From assembly GCA_037441345.1 (NCBI GenBank), contig JBBISJ010000006.1, positions 3,530-67,529 on the forward strand: a DNA stretch of 64,000 bases. Reading direction: 5' to 3'. The notes beneath the pieces were generated by a model, which saw nothing but the letters and a program-made list of their open reading frames with translations, was not told the DNA's origin and made no database searches. The number at the start of each line of letters is the position of its first letter. Position 1 is the stretch's first letter. Below, one piece after another: positions 35,286 to 43,976 of this stretch. The DNA is from Chloroflexota bacterium. Its GTDB lineage: Bacteria; Chloroflexota; Dehalococcoidia; SM23-28-2; RBG-16-64-32. Made by a program: the position numbers and the translations under genes.

Positions 35286-36346
35286 CGCTGAACGTCGCGC
35301 TCATCGGCTGTGGCCTGAACGGGCGCTTTCACTCCACGGCTATCCGGGCGATCGCGCGGCGTGGCCTCCTGGATATCGACTACGTCGCCGTTTGTGATGC
35401 AGACCCGGACCGCGCGCGCTCATTCGCCGAAGCGACAGGCGCGCGGCCAGTCACCGATTGGCGCGAGATCATCGATTCACCCCAGGTCGACGTCGTCTAC
35501 GTCTGCGTTCCCACCGCCTTCCACAAGGAGATCGTCCTCTCGGCCGCCCGGAACGGGAAGCACGTGTTCTGCGAGAAACCCCTGGCGACGAACCTCGCCG
35601 ATGTTCGCCAGATGGTTCAGGCTGTCGAAGCCGCGGGTGTCTCAGCTGGAGTCGGCCTCGTCCTCCGGCACTCCCCTATCCTGACGGTATTGAAGGAATT
35701 GACCGACGACGCCAGCCTGGGCCGGCTGATGACGATCATCTTCCGCGACGACCAGTTCTTTCCCATCACCGGGCACTACGCGAGCGAGTGGCGCAAGGAT
35801 CGCGAGGTGGCAGGCGCGGGTACGCTCCTTGAACATTCCATCCACGATGTCGATGTACTTCGCTGGTTCGGCGGCGATGTACGGTCCGTTCGCGGCAACA
35901 CCCGGAACTTCGCGGGCCACGAGGGTGTGGAGGATCTCGCGCTGGCAACGCTGGACTTCGAAAGCGGCGCCCAGGCCAGCCTCGCCTCGATCTGGCACAG
36001 CGTGCTCGGCCGCCCTTCCACGCGCCGGCTGGAGATCTTCTTCGAAAAGGGGTGCTTCTTGGTCGACCACGACTTCATTGGCCCGATCAACCTCCAGGTC
36101 CACGCTCAGAGCGCGCAGGTTATTCCTGAAGAGGAGGTCCGGAGCCGCTACCTGGCGACACTCGGCCTGGGCGATGAGGTCTTTGAGGGGCTACTCAGGT
36201 ACTCGCTGGAGGACTTCTTCTTCTTGAAGGCCATCATCGATGGACAGCGGCCCTATCCAGATTTCGGCGTTGCCCTGAAGGCGCACGAGGTGGTTGATGC
36301 GGTATACCGCTCTGCGGAGCGTGACGGCGATGTCGTGAAGCTCTAG
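35282..36346 (+). CDS. Gfo/Idh/MocA family NAD(P)-dependent oxidoreductase
   Basis: GTG start overlaps the tetR stop (GTGA); LNVALIGCGLNGRFH Rossmann and EKPLATNLADV. Confidence 0.8.
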   Translation: MTLNVALIGCGLNGRFHSTAIRAIARRGLLDIDYVAVCDADPDRARSFAEATGARPVTDWREIIDSPQVDVVYVCVPTAFHKEIVLSAARNGKHVFCEKPLATNLADVRQMVQAVEAAGVSAGVGLVLRHSPILTVLKELTDDASLGRLMTIIFRDDQFFPITGHYASEWRKDREVAGAGTLLEHSIHDVDVLRWFGGDVRSVRGNTRNFAGHEGVEDLALATLDFESGAQASLASIWHSVLGRPSTRRLEIFFEKGCFLVDHDFIGPINLQVHAQSAQVIPEEEVRSRYLATLGLGDEVFEGLLRYSLEDFFFLKAIIDGQRPYPDFGVALKAHEVVDAVYRSAERDGDVVKL

Positions 36347-36468
36347 GGAAGCGACCGAGTCCTTAACCGCGCCTCATCCCTGATTTCCCCCTGCGTTCAC
36401 CCCGCCACACGCCACACCTGACCCCATTCGCACGTCTAAAGCAGTGACAGCAGGACGGAGGAGGCGCA

Positions 36469-36633
36469 ATGGAAGCAATGGTCCAACTGGTTCGCCAGCT
36501 CAAGAATGAAGACGGTCAGGCGCTCGTCGAGTTCGGGTTGATCCTGACTTTCATAGCCGCGGTCTGCATCATCGCCGTAACAGCCCTGGGTCTGGCGGCG
36601 CTCGTACCGCTCCAGGACTTCATGGACGGCTTC
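36469..36633 (+). CDS. Flp/Fap family type IVb pilin (55 aa; too short to appear in the ORF track)
   Basis: MEAMVQLVRQLKNEDGQALVEFGLILTFIAAVCIIAVTALGLAAL: the Flp motif G-Q-A-LVEFGLI with a GGAGGAGG SD upstream. Confidence 0.6.
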
Positions 36634-36651
36634 GGCGGCTAGTCAGATTCG

Positions 36652-36684
36652 TTACCCAACCTCGAGCCCGGCAGGCGGAAACCG
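36652..36684. terminator. GC-rich hairpin between the convergent flp and moeA genes (GAGCCCGGC-AGGCGGAAACCGCC-GCCGGGCTC)
   Basis: perfect 9-bp outer stem with a nested inner stem; flanking U tracts are weak. Confidence 0.4.
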
Positions 36685-36711
36685 CCGCCGGGCTCTGCAC
36701 TTCTCCGCCTC

Positions 36712-38016
36712 CTAGAACTCCGCCCCCTCATCCGACAGGAATGACCCGAAATCCTCGCCGCGGCTCCAGTCCAGCATCATCACCCGGACCTGGTCGCCGG
36801 CTTCTACGACATCAACGTCCGGCGGGATCAGTGTCAGACCGTTCGCCCGCATCATGGACGTCAGGATGCCGGAACTCTGGCTGCCGGTGAGCCTCGCGTA
36901 GTAGCGGCCCTCACGCTCGGTCACAATGCAGCGCGCCAGGAAGACCCGCGGGTCGTTCCTTTTAGTTATCGCATCCTCCGCCGTCGCCGTGACAATCGGC
37001 CGGCGGAAGTCGGTCTTCCCCATCATCTTGAGCATTGCCGGCCGCCCGAACAGCTCGAACGCCACCATTGAGCTAACCGGGTTGCCCGGCAGTCCGATAT
37101 GGGGGATGCGACGCCCACCCGACTGGAAGGCGCCAAACGCCAGCGGCTTGCCCGGCTTCATCGCCACCGTCCAGAAGGCGACCTCGCCCTCCCGGGCCAG
37201 AACATCCTTCACCACATCGTAGTCGCCGCGCGATACACCCGCGGAGGTGATGACCATATCGGCAACGAGCGCCTCGTGGATCTTCGCAGTCAGCGCCTCC
37301 ACGGTGTCCTTCGCAATCCCCAGCAACAGCGGCTCCCCGCCGCAGCGCTTCACGAGGCCACCCACGCTGTAGGCGTTGGCGTCGTAGATGCGCGCGCCCG
37401 ACCGCGGCTGTCCAGGCTCGATCAACTCGTCGCCCGTTGACAGCACCGCCACCACCGGCCTCCGGATCACACGCACCCGGTCGCGCCCGACGGAAGCGAT
37501 AACGCCGATCTCCTGAGGGCGCAGAACTGTACCCTTCCGCACGACAACCTCGCCCGCATGTACATCCTCACCGGCACGCCGGATGTTCGCCCCTTCTCGA
37601 GCCTCCTTACGAACGCGGACGGTCGCCCGGACCCGGCCCGTCTTCTCGGGCGCCCTATCGAATGGCTCGTCGGTTTCTTCGAAGGGGACGATGGCATCCG
37701 CGCCGGCGGGCACCGGTGCGCCGGTCATGATCCGCACGGCGGTGCCGGTCCGAACGGCGCCATCGTAGATATACCCGGCCGCCACCTCTCCGACCACTTC
37801 GAGCTCCCGAGGCGATGTCTCGGTCGCGTCCCGGGTATCCGCCGCGATCACCGCGTAGCCGTCCATTGCCGTGTTGTCCAGCGGCGGGATATCGAAGTCT
37901 GCCGTCACATCCTCGTCCAGCACCTGGCCGAGCGCCTCCATGGGGTGCTTTCCCTCGGAGGGAAGCACGCTCACATACGCCAGGATTCTCTCCAGCGCCT
38001 CTTCAATGCCGATCAC
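36712..38016 (-). CDS. moeA: molybdopterin molybdotransferase MoeA
   Basis: PPLDNTAMDGYAV and GLPGNPVSSMVAFELF (MoeA N- and C-terminal signatures). Confidence 0.85.
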   Translation of the reverse strand: MIGIEEALERILAYVSVLPSEGKHPMEALGQVLDEDVTADFDIPPLDNTAMDGYAVIAADTRDATETSPRELEVVGEVAAGYIYDGAVRTGTAVRIMTGAPVPAGADAIVPFEETDEPFDRAPEKTGRVRATVRVRKEAREGANIRRAGEDVHAGEVVVRKGTVLRPQEIGVIASVGRDRVRVIRRPVVAVLSTGDELIEPGQPRSGARIYDANAYSVGGLVKRCGGEPLLLGIAKDTVEALTAKIHEALVADMVITSAGVSRGDYDVVKDVLAREGEVAFWTVAMKPGKPLAFGAFQSGGRRIPHIGLPGNPVSSMVAFELFGRPAMLKMMGKTDFRRPIVTATAEDAITKRNDPRVFLARCIVTEREGRYYARLTGSQSSGILTSMMRANGLTLIPPDVDVVEAGDQVRVMMLDWSRGEDFGSFLSDEGAEF

Positions 38017-38086
38017 ACAGGTCCCCCGTCCAACAAGAAATGGTGGCGGTCTCCCGCCACCATTCTAGCCGCGCTGAAGATACCGT

Positions 38087-38335
38087 TCAGCCAAGGCGCA
38101 CAACCAGGCACGTCGTAGTCCGTTGCACGCCCGTCACCTGCTGGATCCCATCGGTGATGGCCCGGCCCAGCTTGTCCAGATCGTCCGACTCCAGCAGGGC
38201 GATGACGTCAAACGGGCCGGTTACGGCATCAACGGAAACGATCTTCGTGTCGGCAAAGGTAATATCCCTTACCCCGTGAGCCACCTCGCTCGCCTTGCCT
38301 ACGGCACATTCGATGAGCACATACGCTCGCATCAT
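38087..38335 (-). CDS. Lrp/AsnC ligand-binding-domain-only small protein
   Basis: 82 aa; MMRAYVLIECAVGKASEVAHGVRDITFADTKIVSVDAVTGPFDVIALLES (RAM/ACT-like fold pattern). Confidence 0.55.
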   Translation of the reverse strand: MMRAYVLIECAVGKASEVAHGVRDITFADTKIVSVDAVTGPFDVIALLESDDLDKLGRAITDGIQQVTGVQRTTTCLVVRLG

Positions 38336-38423
38336 GACTGCGGGCCTCCTTCAGGTTCATCCGGGTTGCGTTTCACAAGCATATCGCGAGAGGGTTGCAT
38401 GTCAAGCGTGATTCGGGCTTCGG

Positions 38424-39164
38424 TCAATACGGGATCACGTAGCGGGCGAACGGCAGTTCCGAGTCGACCTCGCACAATACAGCGGATACCACGTTCCGGC
38501 AGGGCATCGTGGTCCACGTATTCCCGCCCGGCCGGTCGCCGTATGTCACCGTTCCCTTGCCGCGCGCTGCCTTGCGGATTTCGGTTTCCGGATCGATCTG
38601 CGCCAGTTGCACCAGGTCGTGCCGGACATCGCCCCGCAACGACGGCGACAGCCTCAGCGTCAGCAACGGGTCGAAGCGGACCAGGTCGGGCTCAATCGCT
38701 TCCAGCCCGGTGACCGAAACCTCGCACACACCGGATCCCGCAGCGCCGGCGGTCGCAGTCGCGCGTCCGCGGCCACGGCGCAGGCTGACCGTGCCGGCAA
38801 CGCAGGGGAACCCCCACCCTTCCCGGAGCGCGACCAGGGCGCGGGGGTTATCCACCACTGACTGCAGCGCAAAGACGCGGACGAAGTGGCCAGCCCGGCA
38901 GCCGATGAACTGATGGGCGACGCTGAACGGCCCAACGGGGGACCGTGGATACTGCTCAAAGGTGATCACTGCGTACGGCGGCGAGGACCGCGTCAGCTTC
39001 GGCGGCAGCCAGTCCAGCACCGGATCGCTATCGGTCTCGAAGATCACCTTGAGAATCCGGGCGCCCGGCAGCTTCCAGGGCGGCGGTGGATAGAGCGGAG
39101 CGATGGCGGGAACGGCGTGCGCCAACAGGTCCTCGGTGAGCCTGCCCTGGTCCGGCATCAGGGC
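38424..39164 (-). CDS. acetoacetate decarboxylase (ADC)-family protein
   Basis: PLYPPPPWKL motif typical of the ADC superfamily; about 247 aa from the internal start MPDQGRL. Confidence 0.65.
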   Translation of the reverse strand, partial: ALMPDQGRLTEDLLAHAVPAIAPLYPPPPWKLPGARILKVIFETDSDPVLDWLPPKLTRSSPPYAVITFEQYPRSPVGPFSVAHQFIGCRAGHFVRVFALQSVVDNPRALVALREGWGFPCVAGTVSLRRGRGRATATAGAAGSGVCEVSVTGLEAIEPDLVRFDPLLTLRLSPSLRGDVRHDLVQLAQIDPETEIRKAARGKGTVTYGDRPGGNTWTTMPCRNVVSAVLCEVDSELPFARYVIPY

Positions 39165-40297
39165 ATTACCGGCCAGGATTCCACGACTGACGCACCGGCA
39201 TCCGGAGCGGCGGTACGGTTCAGCGCGGGCATGACGTGCTCCGCAAACAGGCGCAGGGATTCCAGGACTCTTTCCTGCGGGACGACTTCGGCCGTGTTGA
39301 TGATGAAGACCATCCGGTCGACGCCTATCTCCTCCCACATGCGCAGGTTCTTGATGACCGTTTGCGGACTGCCAACGCCCATCCCCTCCCGGATCACACC
39401 GCCGCCGCCCGGTGCCTTCTCGTCACGCCCGCCTGCGCGGAGGCCAAAGAGCAGACCAGGTGTCTTGTAGGCGGCCGTTGGGTAGACAGTGCTGATTCCA
39501 ATGAGATGCGCCGCCAGGTAAGCGAAGTTATATGCCAGCTTCGTGCCCCATTCCTGCGCCTCCGCGTCAGTCTCCGCCACGTGGAGGAAGGTCACTCCAT
39601 TTACCTGCTCGTTGACGAACTCGCCGATCGGCTGGCAGCCCCTGATGATCCGCCGGTAGTCCTTCACGCGCCGTTCGTACTCGCCCGGTGTTCCGATGGA
39701 CACGCCGAGGCAACCGAGGCCGCGCTCTGCCGCCTGGACCGCGGTCTCCGGGCTGGATACGGCGACCCACATGGGTGGATGGGGCTTCTGGTACGGTTTC
39801 GGGATCACGCTACGTTCCGGCATCGAAAAGAACTTCCCCTCCCACGAGATGGTCTCCTGCGTCCACATTTTCGGGATCGCCGCGACGGCCTCCGACCACA
39901 TCTCCTTGGTCAGGTCCGGATCGCAGCGGAAGCCGCCGAGCTCCGTCCAGGTGGCGGAACGGCCGGTGCCGAATTCGAGCCTGCCTTTCGAGATTATGTC
40001 GAGCGTTGCTGCCCTTTCGGCACAGCGTACCGGGTGGTTGAACGGCGGCAGCACCATCATCACGCCGTGGCCAAGGCGGATTTGCTCAGTGCGCGCCGCT
40101 GCGGCGGCGAGGAACACCTCCGGCGCTGAACAGTGCGAGTATTCCTCCAGGAAGTGGTGCTCGACAGCCCAGGCCTGGTCGAAGCCGAGCTTGTCGGCGA
40201 GTTCTACCTGATCCAGCGCGTTGTTGTAGACGTCAAGCTCCGAGACCGGCCCCCAGGGTTTGCCGACGGAGAGCTCATGGAAGATGCCGAATTTCAT
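39158..40297 (-). CDS. LLM-class flavin/F420-dependent oxidoreductase (luciferase-like monooxygenase family)
   Basis: MKFGIFHELSVGKPWGP...WAVEHHF...TEQIRLGHGVMMV. Confidence 0.8.
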   Translation of the reverse strand: MKFGIFHELSVGKPWGPVSELDVYNNALDQVELADKLGFDQAWAVEHHFLEEYSHCSAPEVFLAAAAARTEQIRLGHGVMMVLPPFNHPVRCAERAATLDIISKGRLEFGTGRSATWTELGGFRCDPDLTKEMWSEAVAAIPKMWTQETISWEGKFFSMPERSVIPKPYQKPHPPMWVAVSSPETAVQAAERGLGCLGVSIGTPGEYERRVKDYRRIIRGCQPIGEFVNEQVNGVTFLHVAETDAEAQEWGTKLAYNFAYLAAHLIGISTVYPTAAYKTPGLLFGLRAGGRDEKAPGGGGVIREGMGVGSPQTVIKNLRMWEEIGVDRMVFIINTAEVVPQERVLESLRLFAEHVMPALNRTAAPDAGASVVESWPVMP

Positions 40298-40336
40298 CGC
40301 CGGGCTATCGTAACACCGATCTGCCCGGGCCGGACG

Positions 40337-41548
40337 CTAGTGGATTATTTCCCGCTCCGTCAGGTCGGCGATCTCCGCGGGTGACATGCCGAGCAGTTCG
40401 CCGTAGACGTACTCGTTGTCCTGCCCAATCGTGGGGGCTGCCCGCCAGACACGGCAAGGCGTCTCCGACATCTTCCAGGGGATGCCGGCGTGCTTGCGCA
40501 CACCCACCTCGGGGTGTTCCTTCTCCGCGAAGAATCCGCGTTCGTTCAGGTGCGGATCCTCGGCAAGGTCCTTGTTTGTCATCGGCGGGAACGCCGCAAC
40601 CCCGACCGCCTGCAGGCGGTCGCGCACCTCGAAACGGTCGAGCTCCGATGTCCAGGCTTCGACGATCGCGTCGAGTTCGTCTTCGTTCGCCTTGCGGTCC
40701 GCCAGGGTGGCGAAGCGCGCGTCGGATGCGAGTTCCGGCTGGCCGATCGCGCCGCAGAACGCCTGCCACTCTTCGTCGGTCAGCACAGCGATGCTGACCC
40801 AGCGATCCTCGCCGGCACAGTGGTAGATTCCGTGCGGCGCCATGTACTGGATGCGGTTTCCCATGCGCGGCGGCTGCGTGCCGTTGAACGCCTGGTCCAT
40901 CAGGCCCTCGGCGACGACCGCGAGGCTGGATTCCCACTGCGACATGTCGATGTACTGGCCTTCGCCGGTGCGCTCGCGGTGGAACAGTGCCGAAAGGATA
41001 GCGAAGGCGGCGTGCATACCGGCGTTCGGATCGCCGTAGGACATGCCAACGTGCATGGGCGGCCAGCCGGCGTAGCCGGTCAGCGACGAGAGGCCGGACA
41101 GCGGCACCTGGGCAGGCCCGTAGGAGACGAACCCGGCGTCGGGGCCAGTCTGGCCGTAGCCGGACATGCTGATCATGATGATGTCCTGCTTCACCTTCTT
41201 CAGTTCGTCGTATCCGAGGCCGAGGCGGTCAATGACCCCGCCGGCGAAGTTCTCCACGGCGATGTCGCTGATCGCGACCAGCCTCTTCGCGATCTCCGCC
41301 GCCTCCGGTTTTGAGATATCGAGCAGGATGCTGCGCTTGCCCTGGTTGTACTGGTTGAAGTAGCCGGAGCGGTTGAGGCCGGGCTGGGCGTCTGGCCAGG
41401 GGGGCAGAGCGCGCAAGAGGCAGGGCCGCCGCATGGACTCCATCCGGATCACCTCGGCCCCCATATGGGCGAGTTGCATCGTGCAGCTGGGGCCGGCCCA
41501 CACCCAGGTGAAGTCGGCGACGCGGTAGCCGGAGAGCGGGCCGTTCAT
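40337..41548 (-). CDS. CoA-transferase family III (CaiB/BaiF) protein
   Basis: LSGYRVADFTWVWAGPSCTMQLAHMGAEVIRME. Confidence 0.85.
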   Translation of the reverse strand: MNGPLSGYRVADFTWVWAGPSCTMQLAHMGAEVIRMESMRRPCLLRALPPWPDAQPGLNRSGYFNQYNQGKRSILLDISKPEAAEIAKRLVAISDIAVENFAGGVIDRLGLGYDELKKVKQDIIMISMSGYGQTGPDAGFVSYGPAQVPLSGLSSLTGYAGWPPMHVGMSYGDPNAGMHAAFAILSALFHRERTGEGQYIDMSQWESSLAVVAEGLMDQAFNGTQPPRMGNRIQYMAPHGIYHCAGEDRWVSIAVLTDEEWQAFCGAIGQPELASDARFATLADRKANEDELDAIVEAWTSELDRFEVRDRLQAVGVAAFPPMTNKDLAEDPHLNERGFFAEKEHPEVGVRKHAGIPWKMSETPCRVWRAAPTIGQDNEYVYGELLGMSPAEIADLTEREIIH

Positions 41549-42753
41549 GCAATCACCCCGCTGGACCGGAGAGATTCGATCTCATCGACGCTCATTCCCA
41601 ACCGCTCCCCCAGCACCAGGCTGCTGTGCTGGCCCAGAGTCGGCGCCGGAGTCCGCAGCTCCCACGGGGTGCCGCTCAGCTTGTACGGCGCGCCGGGGTA
41701 CATGGCGGCGCCAGCTTCGGGGTGGGCGATCTCCGCGAAGAAGCCGCGGGCCTTCAGGTGCGGCGAGTCGATCAGGTCCGCCATCGTTGAAACGGGCGCG
41801 AACGGGATGCGCTTCGCCTGGGCCGCCCGGTACAGGTCGTCGACGGTCCAGTCCGCCACGAATTCGGCGATGAACGGCTTAAGGACGTCCCAGTTGGAGG
41901 CCCGCACGAAGGCGTTATCGAAAACGTCCCACTCCGCCCACTCAGGGTTGCCCATCATCTCGACGAAGGACCGCCACTGCTTCTCCTCCAGGCAGAGCAC
42001 GAATATCCAGCCGTCCTTGCACTCGAAAAAGTCGATCGGGTGAAGGGGCCTTTGCCCGTATCGGACGACTTCCACACCCATGTACGGCCACGTTACGTAC
42101 GTGAGTTCCAGGATCGAGGCGATGCACTCCTGGGCCGACACCTCGACGTGCTGGCCCCGGCCGGACTTGAGGCGCCAGACGACGGCGCCCATCGTCGCGA
42201 CGGCGGCGTTCACGCCCGCCTGGTAGGCAGCCTGGTGGCCGAACGCGCGCAGCGGCGGCATCTCCGGGGCGCCGGGCTGACCGTTAACGGTCGTCCAGCC
42301 TCCGGCGCTCGCGACGGTCAGGTCGTAGGCGTTGAAGTCGCGGTACGGGCCGCTGAGGCCAAAGGGCGTGAGAGAGGTGAGGATCAGCCGGGGGTTTACG
42401 TCGTGGACCCGCTCCCAGGTGATGCCGGCGGAGCCCGCGTCGACGGAGGCGTAGTCGTGCACCAGGACGTCCGCAGTCGCGAGCAGCCGGTCCAGCACGT
42501 CGCGGCCGGCGGCCGTCGTAATGTCGAGCGCAACACCCTGCTTGTTGCAGTTGAGGTAGAGAAACGTCCCGCTCTTCTCCGGGTGCGGCTCACCGCCGGC
42601 GAACGGCGGCATCCCGCGGACGGGATCGCCTGTCGGCGGCTCGACCTTGATGACCTCGGCACCGAGGTCGGCCATCAGCTTACCGGTGTAAGACGCCGCG
42701 AACCTGCGGCTCAGTTCGACGACGGTAAGGCCGCTGAGCGCTCCGTTCCCCAT
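41545..42753 (-). CDS. CoA-transferase family III (CaiB/BaiF) protein, paralog
   Basis: LSGLTVVELSRRFAASYTGKLMADLGAEVIKVEPP; its stop overlaps the downstream paralog start. Confidence 0.85.
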   Translation of the reverse strand: MGNGALSGLTVVELSRRFAASYTGKLMADLGAEVIKVEPPTGDPVRGMPPFAGGEPHPEKSGTFLYLNCNKQGVALDITTAAGRDVLDRLLATADVLVHDYASVDAGSAGITWERVHDVNPRLILTSLTPFGLSGPYRDFNAYDLTVASAGGWTTVNGQPGAPEMPPLRAFGHQAAYQAGVNAAVATMGAVVWRLKSGRGQHVEVSAQECIASILELTYVTWPYMGVEVVRYGQRPLHPIDFFECKDGWIFVLCLEEKQWRSFVEMMGNPEWAEWDVFDNAFVRASNWDVLKPFIAEFVADWTVDDLYRAAQAKRIPFAPVSTMADLIDSPHLKARGFFAEIAHPEAGAAMYPGAPYKLSGTPWELRTPAPTLGQHSSLVLGERLGMSVDEIESLRSSGVIA

Positions 42754-42836
42754 GATTGGCGCTTATCATAGGGAACGGCCCGAAGGCTGGCAACGGCGTG
42801 TCCAGCGCTGCAACGGACTCTATACTGGGCCGCGGT

Positions 42837-43976
42837 ATGTCGATTGACCGGACGACAATCATCGCGGCCTTCGAACAGACTTACAGTTACCAGCCGCGCC
42901 TCGTCTCCGAGGCGCCGGGACGGGTCAACCTCATCGGCGAGCACACGGACTACAACGGCGGCCTTGTCTTTCCCGTGGCGATCGACCGGACGGTGGCGGT
43001 CGCCGCCGCACGGCGGGACGATGACGTCGTCCGCGTCAAGTCTCTGGACTTCGACCAGTGCGACGAGTTCCGGATCGACGCCGTCAAACGGTTCATGGGC
43101 AGCCGGGGCTGGCGCGACTACGTCCGCGGGGTGGCCTGGGCGCTGCAGGACGAGAACATTCCGTTGCGCGGATGCGACATGGTTATCACGGGCGACGTCC
43201 CGCAGGGCGCGGGACTGTCGTCTTCGGCCGCAATCGAGGTGGCCGCCGCGGGCGCGCTTGCCGCCGTTGCCGGGGCGACAACCGCAGGCCGTGAACTCGC
43301 CCTGGTCTGCCAGAAGGCCGAAAACCTGTTCGTCGGCGTGCAGTGCGGCATCATGGACCAGTTGGTCTCGGTGCTGGGAAAGGCCGGTCACGCCATGCTG
43401 ATCGACTGCCAGAGCCAGACGTATGAATACGTGCCACTGCCCGAGGCCGTTGCGATCGTGATCGTCGACTCAAAAGTGCCGAGACGGCTCAGCGATACGG
43501 ACTACAATCTGAGGCGTGAGGAATGCGCCCAGGCCGCTCAGGCGCTTGGCATGGACTCGCTGCGAGACGCGACCGAATCTATGCTCGCCGCACTCCAGGA
43601 CCCGCTCAGGAAGCGGGCCCGCCACGTTATCACCGAGAATGAGCGGGTGATCAGGATGGTGGACGCCCTGAGGACTCGCGACCTGTCGACGGCGGGCAAC
43701 CTGATGTATGACTCACACAAGAGCCTGCGCGATGAGTTCGAAGTCTCAACGCCCGAGCTTGACCTGCTGGCCGATCTCTCGCGCGCCTGCCGGGGAGTGA
43801 TCGGTGCGCGACTGACGGGCGCCGGGTTCGGCGGCTGCACCGTGAACCTGTTGGAAACAGAATCAATCGGTCGATTCCAGATCAACGTTGTCGACCGGTA
43901 CTGCGAACGCACTGGCCTTGTCGCCGAAACCTATGTTTGCCAGGCCGTCGACGGATTGAGGGTGGCAGATGTCTGA
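42837..43976 (+). CDS. galK: galactokinase (GHMP kinase)
   Basis: PGRVNLIGEHTDYNGGLVFPVAID and the GHMP ATP motif GAGLSSSAA; start taken at MSIDRTT. Confidence 0.85.
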   Translation: MSIDRTTIIAAFEQTYSYQPRLVSEAPGRVNLIGEHTDYNGGLVFPVAIDRTVAVAAARRDDDVVRVKSLDFDQCDEFRIDAVKRFMGSRGWRDYVRGVAWALQDENIPLRGCDMVITGDVPQGAGLSSSAAIEVAAAGALAAVAGATTAGRELALVCQKAENLFVGVQCGIMDQLVSVLGKAGHAMLIDCQSQTYEYVPLPEAVAIVIVDSKVPRRLSDTDYNLRREECAQAAQALGMDSLRDATESMLAALQDPLRKRARHVITENERVIRMVDALRTRDLSTAGNLMYDSHKSLRDEFEVSTPELDLLADLSRACRGVIGARLTGAGFGGCTVNLLETESIGRFQINVVDRYCERTGLVAETYVCQAVDGLRVADV

